Position numbers and translations under genes: made by a program. From assembly GCA_951406725.2 (NCBI GenBank), contig OX597843.1, positions 496,001 through 560,000 on the forward strand: a DNA stretch of 64,000 bases, written 5' to 3'. The notes beneath the pieces were generated by a model that saw nothing but the letters and a program-made list of their open reading frames with translations, had not been told where the DNA came from and made no database searches. Shown here one piece after another: positions 12,406 through 24,693 of the stretch (position 1 is the first letter of the stretch; each line of letters begins with the position of its first letter). Source of the DNA: Octopus vulgaris (Eukaryota).

Positions 12406-12815
12406 CTAAATATATATAAACATTACCAAAGTCACCTAATTAATATATATGTTTTGTTTATGCCCTTATTGGCTGTGAGATTTCTCCAAGGAAAAATCCC
12501 TTTAAGACATCAAGTGTTAAAAAAAATATTGAATACTTCAGACCAGACAAAATGAATTTTTGCAGGTGAACAAGAATGGTTGATATCAATATTTAAAATG
12601 GTATTTCAGCTCGTTGGCACTGTGTATCTGAGTCACCTCAAAATGAATTCAAATCGCTTGTCTGAGGTATACCATGCGAATTGCAAATAGCATGCAATTT
12701 ATCGGCAGATGTGCAAACAGCACTGCACAAATTTTGAAGTGTGTGTGCGTGTGTGTGTATATACGCACACACTTACAAAGTGTATGTATATATATATGTA
12801 TATATGCACATACAA

Positions 12816-12849
<34 letters not shown>

Positions 12850-12930
12850 CACACACACAAAGTGTTGATATATATGTATATACACACATACACACACGCA
12901 CAAAGTGTTGATATATATATATACATATAT

Positions 12931-13164
12931 ACCGGAGTAAACACATAAATGTGAAACAAGGTGGAAAAAGAGTACTCAAATACCAGTGGTAGAGTAATAT
13001 GCTTTATTTTAAGCAGCAGAAAATTCAACAAAATCTGTTACTCTGAGTTTCTCGTTGCCGTTCATCAGACAGTTTTTGCTAGCAAAAACTGTCTGATGAA
13101 CGGCAACGAGAAACTCAGAGTAACAGATTTTGTTGAATTTTCTGCTGCTTAAAATAAAGTATAT
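12931..13164. mobile_element. Asymmetric fold-back element with hammerheads (Penelope-like pLTR derivative)
   Basis: About 70-bp extension plus a perfect palindrome at 13002-13159 centred on GCTAGC; inserted in (TA)n; second copy at 25332-25560. Confidence 0.8.
13089..13126 (+). ncRNA. Minimal type-I hammerhead ribozyme (mirror copy on minus strand at 13035-13072)
   Basis: CTGT-CTGATGA-ACG-GCAA-CGA-GAAA-CTCAGAG-TA-ACAG: stem I CTGT/ACAG, GNRA-capped stem II, near-palindromic stem III ACTC-A-GAGT, GUA triplet. Confidence 0.72.
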
Positions 13165-13859
13165 ACATATATATATATATACATACATAGATAAATAGAT
13201 AGATAGAAAGATAGATAGATAGATATACACACAAATACAAAGTATATATATATAGATAGATATATCTATATATATATATATACATAGATAGATATATCTA
13301 TATCTATATATATATATATATATATAGATATATATATGGTGCCCCATGCCGCGCTATATATATATATATATATATATATATAGATATAGAGATATAGGGA
13401 GAGAGATAAATAGATAGATAGATACACAAATACAAAGTATATATATATATATACACACACACACAAACACATACAAAGTACATATATACACTCACACACA
13501 GATTATACACACACACACACACACACATTGTCTTAATTTCTGACTAATTAATTGGAGAGTGAACAGGGGAGGGAGCACCTGGAAGGGAGAGGTGTGTGAC
13601 TCACAGAACAGGATGTACATTGGTGAAGATGACTATTGTATGTCCCGGGAGGGGGTCGGGAACAAAGGATAGGGGTACAGCACACAAACACACCTTTATA
13701 TCACAGACACCATTACTGCTACCACCAGCACTGTTTTGCTACACCAGGACTCATCATCACCATGCCCACCACTACTACTTGCACCACAACACCTAATGCA
13801 ACCATTTTTAGAGTATAGGACACTGACACTGCTTGTACTACAACCAATGCCACACCATG

Positions 13860-14378
13860 TACCATCACCACCAACACTACCATCACCACCACATTATGTA
13901 ACATTACCATCAATACTACCACCACCACAACCCATACCATCAATGGCATGTCGCCGAACCATCAACACTACCACCACCACCACAACTCATACCATCAATG
14001 GCATGTAGCCCAACCACCAACACTACCACCACCACCATAACCCATACCATCAACACTATGTAGCACAATCATCAACATTACCGCCACCATCACCAACACA
14101 ACCGATACCATCAATGCCATGTAGCCCAACCATCAACACTACCACCACCACCACCACCACAACCCATATCATTAATGCCGTGTAGCCCAACCATCAACAC
14201 TATCACTACAACCCATACCATCAATGTGATGTAACCCAACCATCAACACTACCACCACCACCACCACCACAACCCATACCATCAATGCCATGTAACTCAA
14301 CCATCAACACTACTACCACCACCACAACCCATACCATCAATGCCATTTAGCACAACCATCAACACTACCACCACCACT
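13860..14378. repeat. About 55-bp ACC-rich minisatellite
   Basis: Unit approximately CCAACCATCAACACTACCACCACCACCACAACCCATACCATCAATGCCATGTAG, repeated about 9 times. Confidence 0.85.
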
Positions 14379-14949
14379 GTCACATAACATCACCACCCTC
14401 ACCTGGCAACCAGTATTTCATTTTTTTCTTTTTTACATACCCATGACTTAGCAGTTGGGCAAGAAGAGAACGAAAAAATAAATAGCAAACCTTAAAAACA
14501 ATATAAGCAGAGAGGCCTATTTGTTCAACTAAACACTTCGAACTGGTGCCCCAGCATGGCCACAACCAAATAGCTGGAACCAGCAGAAGATAAAAGATAT
14601 ATATATATATACATCTGTGTGTGTGTGCATGTGTATGTGTGTATATGTGTGTATATATAGCACACACACACACACACACACACATACACACACACACACA
14701 CACATATATCCTCATAGAGGATATCATAGGTGAGTCAGCTATCATTAGTAATATCATTTACAATGAAATAACAGTATGGTGGTGGTGGTGGTGATGGTGA
14801 CAGCAGTGATGGTGGTCGTTATGGTGGTGGTGGTGGTAGTGGTGGTATGATGGTGATGTGCAAAGCAGAAGCGGAGCCTCAAACAGAGGTAACTAGGTGG
14901 TTTCCTCGCATTCTCTTCCAGAGTACGCACACACATCTAACACAGTCAC

Positions 14950-15614
14950 AAAATAATAGCAATAATAATAAAGATAATAACAATAATAATAATAATAATA
15001 ATGATGATGATGATGATGATAAAAATAAAATAACGATGATGATGATGATGATAATAATGATAATAATAATAACAATAATGATGATGATGATGATAAAAAA
15101 CGATGATGATGATGATGATAATAATGATAATAATAATAATAATGATGATGATGATGATGATGATGATAAAAAAAATAATAATAATAATGATGATGATGAT
15201 AAAAATAAAATAACGATGATGATGATGATGATAATAATAATAATAATGATAAAAATAAAATAATGATGATGATGATGATAATAATGATAATAATAATAAT
15301 GATGATGATGATGATAAAAATAAAATGATGATGATGATAATAATGATAATAATAATAAGAAGAAGAATGATGTTGATGATAATAAAAATATAATAATAAT
15401 AATAATAATAATAATGATGATGATGATGATAAAAATAAAATGATGATGATGATAATAATGATAATAATAAGAAGAAGAAGAATGATGTTGATGATAATAA
15501 AAATATAATAATAATGATAATAATAATAATGATGATGATGATAAAAATAAAATGATGATGATGATAATAATGATAATAATAATAAGAAGAAGAATGATGT
15601 TGATGATAATAAAA

Positions 15615-15662
<48 letters not shown>

Positions 15663-15750
15663 TGATGATGATGATGATAAAAATAAAATGATGATGATGA
15701 TAATAATGATAATAATAATAAGAAGAAGAATGATGTTGATGATAATAAAA

Positions 15751-15792
<42 letters not shown>

Positions 15793-15808
15793 TGATGATG
15801 ATGATGAT
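14950..15808. repeat. (AAT/GAT)n compound repeat with higher-order units
   Basis: Recurring GATAAAAATAAAATGATG and AAGAAGAAGAATGATGTTGATG landmarks. Confidence 0.92.
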
Positions 15809-16029
15809 ACACACATGCAGGCACACACGTGCACACACACACACAGGGCAATACACATGGATATGTTTACACATGTCAGTCATATATACACACACAATCG
15901 TTATACATTTGCACAAACTGAGATATGTACACACAGCAAGATGAGATGTGCTAATTCAAACAAGTCATTCTATACATGAGACAGAAGATCATATATAGAA
16001 TATCGATTACACATACATATTATATATAC

Positions 16030-16067
<38 letters not shown>

Positions 16068-16144
16068 ATATACATGTATGTATGTATTTATGTATATCTG
16101 TATGTTTGTATATATATATGTGTACATATATATTTGTTTGTATG

Positions 16145-16216
<72 letters not shown>

Positions 16217-16319
16217 TAGTTATGTGTATATATCTATATATATATACACACATATAAATGGAGAAATGGTACACATTGAAAGCTACACATTTCTCCGGTT
16301 TCTTTTTCTGCTCTTGTTT

Positions 16320-16402
16320 TAGTATACATTTGCTGGTTTCTTCCGAGGAATCTAGTACTCTTAGCTTAGATTTTTCCTTGGGCTGGCCAGATTGGAGCAG
16401 TC

Positions 16403-16440
<38 letters not shown>

Positions 16441-16453
16441 GACTGCTCAATCT

Positions 16454-16491
<38 letters not shown>

Positions 16492-16515
16492 TCAAGACTG
16501 CTAATCTGCCAGCCC

Positions 16516-16546
<31 letters not shown>

Positions 16547-16629
16547 GACTGCTCCAATCTGGCCAGCCCCAAGGAAAATCTAAGCTAAGAGTACTAGATT
16601 CCTCGGAAGAAACCAGCAAATGTATACTA
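16320..16629. repeat. Inverted repeat, arms about 88 bp, around (TA)n
   Basis: 16320-16408 is the reverse complement of 16541-16629; partial arm starts at 16435 and 16490. Confidence 0.85.
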
Positions 16630-16730
16630 TATATTATCAATAATAAAGGGTGAAATTAATTAATTTGGAATAATCATTAATTTCACCAAGTAGAGCTCGG
16701 CATGTAAAAGACCCATTCAAGGAAGGTTTA

Positions 16731-16967
16731 AGTAATACTAAGTAATTAAGGGTTTAGCAACGATTTGCCTCACACACACCGAATTTAGAAATAGCAGTCA
16801 GAGTTTTGGCTATTCTTTCTACTTAAAGGGAGATCCCAGTAAAAGTGCTGTAGTTTTACTGGGATCTCCCTTTTAAGTAGAAAGAATAGCCAAAACTCTT
16901 TGACTGCTATTTCTAAATTCGGTGTGTGGTGAGGCAAATCGTTGCTAAACCCTTAATTACTTAGTAT

Positions 16968-16971
<4 letters not shown>
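16731..16971. repeat. Fold-back hairpin, arms about 115 bp, 9-nt loop
   Basis: AGTAATACTAAG...CCCAGTAAAA-GTGCTGTAG-TTTTACTGGG...CTTAGTATTACT. Confidence 0.88.
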
Positions 16972-17002
<31 letters not shown>

Positions 17003-17006
<4 letters not shown>

Positions 17007-18447
17007 GACCTCGCACATCAGCAAAGTCATGGAACGAATAGTCAGAAGAAAATTAATTACCTTCCTTGAGGAAAATGACTTGCTGACTAACACCCAACAT
17101 GGTTTTCCGACCAGGAAGACGCTGCCAGACTCAGCTCTTACAACACTATGACTGGGTGCTGAAACAACTGCTCAACCACTCAAATGTGGAAGTCATATAT
17201 CTGGACTTTGCAAAGGCTTTTGATAAAGTCAGTCATGGAATGGTATGTCACAAACTGTGCCATCTCGGTATTGTCAGAAAACTGGGAGAATGGCTTCATG
17301 ACTTTCTGAAATATATAAATCAGGAGGTAGTAGCCAATGGGGCTACCTCCAATGACACGCAAATAGTGAGCGCTGTCCCACAAGGTAGTGTTCTGGGACC
17401 ACTACTGTTCATAATGGCCTTCTCAGATATGCCCTCAGCCACACAAAGAACCACGATCACAAGTTATGCAGATGATACAAAGTCTCACAGGTGATACAGA
17501 ACCTTAAAGACACTGTGCACTTGCAATGTGAGCTGGATGAAATATACAAGTGGGCTGAAAAGAATAGCATGCAGTTCAATGCTGAAAAGTTTCAAGCCTT
17601 GTGCTATCAGCTTGCAAAACTAAATGCAATACCCAATTAAATACACTGGACCTGGAGGGATTGCAATCCCAGAGGCACAATCAGTGTGAGACCTGGGCAT
17701 GAGTAATGATGCATCCTTCTATGCGTATGTTGCTAAGTTGGCAATGAAATGCAGGCAGCTGACAGGATAGATTCTTAGAACTTTTAGAACAAGAGATCGG
17801 GAAACCATGATGGTCCTCTGAAAGACACTTGTCCTAAGCCACTTTGACTATTGCTCTCAGCTATGTTCACCAACCAGTGTCAAATTAATCACAGAACTTG
17901 AGGCAATCCAACGAAGCTACACGAAGAAGATAGCCTCTATGCAGCATTTAAGCTTCTGGGAAAGACTCAAGAGATCAAGACTCTATTGTTTAGAGCGTAG
18001 GCAAGAAAGATATGCCATAATATACATCTGGAAGATCATAGAGAAACTTGTCCCAAAATTTGGCATCGAGAGTTACACAAATATTAGAACAGGACACCAC
18101 TGCATAGTGCAAAGAACTCCAAATTTGACATCAAGATATACGACAAGATACTGCAACAGCCTGGACTTCAGGGGACCATAGATCTTCAATATTCTCCCAA
18201 AGGACCAGAGAGACCTGCATGGGGTGGATGTAGGTGTCTTCAAAATGAAATTGGACCACTTACTGTCAAGTGTCCCAGATGAACCAACTTTACATCAGGA
18301 GGTGCAGATGAGGGCAGCGGCATCAAACCCCCTCATGCACCAAATGGCAATTTCTAAAAAAGAATTAGTGAAGTAAAATTAAGTAGCAACACCAAATGGT
18401 GGTGCCCCGGCATGGCCACAGCTCATGAGCTGAAACTAGATCAAACC
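17003..18447 (+). pseudogene. 5'-truncated CR1-group LINE, ORF2 reverse transcriptase relic with 3' tail
   Basis: Motifs QHGFRPGR, YLDFAKAFDKV, VPQGSVLGPLLF, YADDTK, LYCLERRQERY; stops and frameshifts present. Confidence 0.92.
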
Positions 18448-18484
18448 ATACATATATAAGTAAGTATTTCATTTATATCTCGCG

Positions 18485-18551
18485 TATTTGCCGCTGAAGA
18501 GGGGAAAATTTCTCACGAATTAACCCCGAAATTGGGACCAATACGGTAATA
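18485..18551 (+). ncRNA. Type-I hammerhead ribozyme
   Basis: GCCG-CTGAAGA-GGGG-(19 nt)-CCCC-GAAA-TTGG-GA-CCAA-TA-CGGT: canonical core and all three stems; predicted cleavage after A18543. Confidence 0.8.
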
Positions 18552-18687
18552 ACAAATTTTTTAGAGATTTCTATCGGTTTGTTTCAAGAAGCATAAATTA
18601 TAATGGTTATTGAAAAGTTCTGTCTTTTTTCGGTATCTTTGGCATTAGAATTTTTCTTTTGCCCTTATCTTGTAAATTATGTATATG

Positions 18688-18740
<53 letters not shown>

Positions 18741-19479
18741 GTGTATATATATGTATATATATACACACATACATACTCACATGCATATACATACACACAT
18801 ACATACATACATACACAGATATACACACACATGCTTACACTCATGCACACGTACATGCATATATATATAAACACACACTTACACACACACCTATTGATAT
18901 ATATACATATATATATACATATATAAATAGGTGTAGAGAGAGAGAAAAAGAGAGAGTATGAGCAAAGGATGCATGAATGCCTGATGCATGCAACAACACT
19001 TCACTGCAACATGCCAAAATAAATATACTGCAACAGCAACAACAACCATCACACCACTCTCTACTCTTTCACCAACAGCTCCTTCCATCCAAGCCAACAC
19101 CCCCACCTCAACTCCCTCCCTCTCACCACCACAGAGTGGGGAGGAGGGAGAGGGTCCCCCCCATCGTATCGGTCCCCAGTCCCTCTGGTCTTAGTGCCAA
19201 GAAGACACAGTCAGGCTGACAACACTGAGGACCACCCCTGTCTCACACTAACAGAGAGAGAGAGAGAGACAGAAGGAGAGAGAGAGAGAGAGAGAGAGAA
19301 CTGTTGCCGCCAAAGGGTGGTGGCAGGAGGAAGGTTTGAGGAAGCCCCCCCCCAGCAACGAGGGGTGGGGAGAGGGAGGAGGAAGAGGCGGAGGAGAAAG
19401 AGGACAGAAACTGGGTTATACACTCAAACACACCCAGATGGTTTCCAGTGTTCCAGCAGATAATATCATAGCACCATCC

Positions 19480-21180
19480 GACACCACCACCACCAACACC
19501 GCCACCACCTCCATCCCTGCTACCACCACCAACACCACCACACCACCACCACCATCACCACCATCACCGCCATCATCGGCATCACCACCACCACCACCAC
19601 CATCACCACCACCGCCATCACCACCACCATCATCATCATCATCGGCATCACCACCATCACCACTGCCTCCACCCATCGCTGCCACCACCTCCATCGCTGC
19701 TACCACCAGCACTGACGGCACCCCCCATACACCCCCATCACCACCACCACCGCCACCATCACCACTGCCACCACCTCCATCGCTGCTACCACCAGCACTG
19801 CCGTCACCCCCACCCCCATCGCCACTCGCACCGTCAACACCGTCGCCCCCATCGCCACTCACCGTCAACACCGTCATTGACAGAAGCAACAGTGAGGAGG
19901 AGAACTACGAACCTGATGCTCGCTTCACGAATATAACCCAGGTTCTAATCATCATCAGCAGCAGCAGCAGCAGTGACATCATCATCATCGTCATCGTCAT
20001 CATCATCATCATCATCATCATCACAGTTATTGTTGCTATTATTCATTACAATCATCACCCTCATCACCAATCACAATTATTGTTACAAAGACTGTTAAAC
20101 TAATAATTGTCAGACATCTTTCTCATCAAGCTCATCATCATCATCATCATCATCATCACAATCATTATGGCAAAACCATCACAATCAGCATCACCATCAT
20201 CTATCATCATCATCATCATCATTGTGCTCATCATCACCAGGGTTATCTTCAGCATTGTCATCATCGTCACCATCATCATCATCATCATTTTCACCACCAT
20301 CATCATCTTCACCACTACCATCATCATCATCAGCATCATCATCACCACCACCATCATCATCTTCACCACTACCATCATCATCATCATCACCATCACCATC
20401 ATCATCACCCCCATCATCATCATCATCTTCACCACCATCATCATCATCATCATCATCACCACCAACCATCATCATCATCATCACCACCATCATCATCTTC
20501 ACCACTACCATCATCATCATCACCATCACCATCATCATCACCCCCATCATCATCATCATCTTCACCACCATCATCATCATCATCATCATCACCACCAACC
20601 ATCATCATCATCATCACCATCACCATCATCATCATCATCATCTTCACCACCATCATCATCATCACCACCATCATCATCATCACCATCACCAAGTTGCTCA
20701 TCACTTTCCATCACGGTCACTGACATCAGCCTCCTCCTCCGCCTCCTCATCTTTCTCATCATCATAATTCACCATCATAATCATCATCACCATCATCATC
20801 ATCAACGGGCTCAATTATCACCGCGATATAACAACCTTACTCTCATCACGCTTGTCATCATCATCATCCTCATCATCATGATTCTCATCAAAACAACCAA
20901 CAACAATCGTCACCATAACAATTACAATCACCACCATCATCATCATCGTCAACATGTTTCTTGTCATCCATATCAGCCACCCCTCCTCCTTCTCCTCATC
21001 ATCATCATCATTTACCATCATGATCATCATCAACATCATCATCATCATGTTGCTTGTCATCCATATCAGCCTCCCCCTCCTCCTCATCATCATCACCATC
21101 ATCATCATCAACAGGCTCAATTATCACCGCAATTAGCATAGCAACCTTACCCTCATCATCACCATCACCATCATCGGTGG
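19480..21180. repeat. (CAC/CAT)n compound trinucleotide repeats with local duplications
   Basis: Direct reading; gives poly-P/H/I/S frames. Confidence 0.9.
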
Positions 21181-21394
21181 CAGCGGCAAAGTCAACATCC
21201 TAATCATCGTCAACTGAGTAAATGCCTGTCTTCGCTAATTAAGCTACATAACTAACCTTATTATCTTACAGAATACAAATTAGGTTACACACACACAAAA
21301 AACAATCATACATATACAATTGTATACACACATATATATATATGCATACACACACACATGGATATCCATTTACATGCATATATTTGTGAGTGTA

Positions 21395-21425
<31 letters not shown>

Positions 21426-21696
21426 GCATGTGTAAGTATATATGCATATTTTGATATTTGAATATCTGTGTGTGTGTGTTGTGTGTATATATAAACACAG
21501 ACTTGCATATGTGTGTACACATGTATACACATGCATATATGTATGGATGTATACATAAACAAACGCACACATACACACATATATATATATATATGTTCAT
21601 ACATTTCCATTTGTTTCTCTCGTTTGCAAAAAAAGTTTTTTCGTATTTCATATTTCATGTTGTTTACGTTTTCTGACGTCCTGTACCCATATATGC

Positions 21697-21727
<31 letters not shown>

Positions 21728-21777
21728 ATAATAAATCTCAGAGCAAGTTATAAACAGTAGCTGCAACACATCATGAA

Positions 21778-21989
21778 GTATATTTGCCATTTAAATATGG
21801 CTAACCCCTAAGGGCGGATGCTATTGTAGTTTGTAGCCCCCAGGAGGACACCTCCTCCTGCTGGCTTTAGACACACTTTCTGTGCCCTATCAGAGTTTGC
21901 AAAGGGAAGCTACTCTTCCCGAAGACGGGGCTACAAACTACAGTAGCATCCACCCTTAGGGGTTAGCCATATTTAAATGGCAAATATAC
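21778..21989. mobile_element. MITE-like element, 63-bp inverted arms, 86-bp spacer
   Basis: 21778-21840 versus 21927-21989 with two transitions; adjoins (TA)n. Confidence 0.7.
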
Positions 21990-21990
21990 G

Positions 21991-22052
<62 letters not shown>

Positions 22053-22087
22053 CACACACAAACATACATATATGAATATATATTTAT

Positions 22088-22270
22088 ATCATCATCATCA
22101 TCCCTTAACACCTGTTTCCATGTTGGCATGCGATGGACGGTTTGATCAGAGCTGGCAAGCTGGGGAGCTGCACCAGTCTCCAAATCTGATTTGGCATGGC
22201 TTCTACAGTTGAATGCCATTCCTAACACCAACCACTTTACAGAGTGCGCTGGGTGCTTTTAACGTGCCAT
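22088..22270 (-). mobile_element. SINE family B tail, degenerate
   Basis: (CAT)n followed by the reverse complement of the B tail. Confidence 0.75.
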
Positions 22271-22444
22271 CAGCATGAGTGCTTCCATGTGGCAGCAGCG
22301 TAAGTGCTTTTTACACAGCTCCATTATCAACCTCATAATTACACACCCAACCTTGTATGCTTGAGCTAGGCAGATGGGGCAGAGTTTCTATGACCGGGGG
22401 CCATTCCAGTCACTGACCTGCAACTGTTTGTAAGCAATGTAATA

Positions 22445-22516
22445 TATATAGTAGTAGAGTGGTAAGTATCCCCGCCTGTCACGCGGGAGACCGGGGTTCG
22501 ATTCCCCGCCGGGGAG
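22445..22516 (+). pseudogene. tRNA-Asp(GTC) pseudogene lacking the 5' acceptor strand
   Basis: GTAGTAGAGTGGTAAGTATCCCCGCCTGTCACGCGGGAGACCGGGGTTCGATTCCCCGCCGGGGAG matches metazoan tRNA-Asp from position 7; positions 1-6 are TATATA; a TTTTT run follows about 8 nt downstream. Confidence 0.88.
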
Positions 22517-22532
22517 GCAAGTTATTTTTATA

Positions 22533-22922
22533 GGCGCAGGAGTGGCTGTGCGGTAAGTAGCTTGTTTACCAACCACATGGTTCCGCGTTCAGTCCCACTG
22601 CATGGCACCTTGGGCAAGTGTCTTCTACTATAGCCTCGGGCCGACTAAAGCCTTGTGAGTGGATTTGGTCGACAGAAACTGAAAAGAAGCCCATCATATA
22701 TATGTATATATATATATATGTGTGTGTGTATGTCCCCCTAGCATTGCTTGACAACCGATGCTGGTGTGTTTATGTCTCCGTTACTTAGCGGTTCGGCAAA
22801 AGTGACTGATAGAATAAGTACTGGGCTTAAAAAAAGAATAAGTCCCGGGGTCGATTTGTTCGATTAAAGGCGGTGCTCCAGCATGGCCGCAGTCAAATGA
22901 CTGAAACAAGAAAAAGAGTAAA
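22533..22922 (+). mobile_element. SINE family A, full length
   Basis: Consensus head and tail. Confidence 0.92.
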
Positions 22923-22926
22923 GGGA

Positions 22927-22995
<69 letters not shown>

Positions 22996-22996
<1 letters not shown>

Positions 22997-23071
22997 TAGC
23001 AGTATCGCCCGTCGTTGCTCGGATTTGTAAGGGAAATATATATATATAGATAGACGGATATATATGTACTT

Positions 23072-23107
<36 letters not shown>

Positions 23108-23330
23108 TGTTGTTTTTAAAACAATATGCATTAAAATGGAAAAAAATTATGGTAAATTATTTTTAAAATCGTAGACTCATCATAGACGCGCGCTAATACC
23201 CAGAAGGGTTCGATATGAATCACGACTATAAGATACCCACTTTTGGTTACACTGCACCGCAAAATGTGGGAGTAGTTAGGAATCTAAATCGTAGGAGACA
23301 GACACACAACTTCACTTTTATATATAAAGA
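22996..23330 (-). mobile_element. Non-autonomous Helitron
   Basis: Minus strand starts TC and ends with hairpin CCGAGCAACGACGGG then CTAG; inserted between A and T. Confidence 0.8.
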
Positions 23331-23447
23331 TTTATCAACAATCACTTGCTATGCAAGTACATCTCCGTAATATATAATTTATATTTTTATTTAACTGAAT
23401 GCCATGTATTCATTTCCAAGTAAGTTTATATATATATATATATATAT

Positions 23448-23500
<53 letters not shown>

Positions 23501-23880
23501 GATATATATGTACTTGTATGTGTGTGTGTATGTGTGTACAGTATGCTGTTTTTAAAACATATGGCATGTAAAACAGCATAGTACAGTGTGGACCTGTTGG
23601 TGGGGTTGTTAGTGTTGTTGACATTGCTTTAGCCCTAGGTAAGCCAGTCCTGTGATCGCAGCTGGAAACAGCTATGAACATCATGTTTTCGTTCTCTGTT
23701 CACTCGTAGTATATCACCACCCCACCCCCTATCTCTCTCTACCTCCTGCTTTATCTTCTGTCATCGCTGTCTGCACCAATCAGCTTCTTGGGCTCTTTGC
23801 CCCCAGAGGGAACACCCTGCTTATTATATGGAGACATCTCTGTGGTTGAATGATATTACAAGGCAGCAATCAACACTAAA

Positions 23881-24088
23881 GGCGGCGAGCTGGCAGAAAC
23901 GTTAGCATGCTGGGCGAAATGCGTAGCCGTATTTCATCTGCCGTTACGTTCAGAGTTCAAATTCCACCGGGGTCTACTTTGCCTTTCATCCTTTCAGGGT
24001 CGATAAATTAAGTACCAGTTACGCACTGGCGTCGATGTAATTGACTTAATCCGTTTGACTGTCTTTGTTTGTCCCCTCTATGTTTAGA
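23881..24088 (+). mobile_element. SINE family C (Meta-domain-like)
   Basis: GGCGGCGAGCTGGCAGAA head, GAGTTCAAATTCC B box, GCCTTTCATCCTTTC.GGGTCGATAAATTAAGTACCAG central block. Confidence 0.8.
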
Positions 24089-24416
24089 GTGAAAATCGAA
24101 ATCGATCAACATCAATGGAAATTGTAGTTGTGAGACCAGTGCCGGTGGCACATAAGAGAACCAGCGCCGCCTCGACTGGTCTCTGTGCCGGTGGCACGTA
24201 AAAAGCACCATCCGATCATGGCCGTTGCCAGCCCCATCTGGCACGTAAAAAGCACCCACTACACTCACGGAGTGGTTGGCATTAGGAAGGGCATCCAGCT
24301 GTAGAAACACTGCCAGATCAGACTGGGCCTGGTGCAGCCTTCTGGCTTCCCAAACCCCAGTTGAACCGTCCAACCCATGCTAGCATGGAAAGTGGACGTT
24401 AAACGATGATGATGAT
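24089..24416 (+). mobile_element. SINE family B 3' part
   Basis: Repeated GTGGCACGTAAAAAGCAC units and RTE-type tail. Confidence 0.85.
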
Positions 24417-24693
24417 ATGTCATCTCCCCCCACTCTCTAATATATATGTGCAAAGGTTTCATGTGTTAATGCCCAAAACTCTCTGCACCTTGAGTCACCC
24501 TGTCGCTTCTGCTAAATATTAATAAAATTATGCACATTTATTTATATATTGTGTTCTATTTTTCCTGTCCGCATCAACATACCCAGATCTTTACCTTTTG
24601 ACCGACAGATTTAAAAAATAATTTTTTTTAACTAAACACTTTCAAACTTCGTAAACTGGTAGAATGTGTCATATAAAACATCCCTTACTCTTA

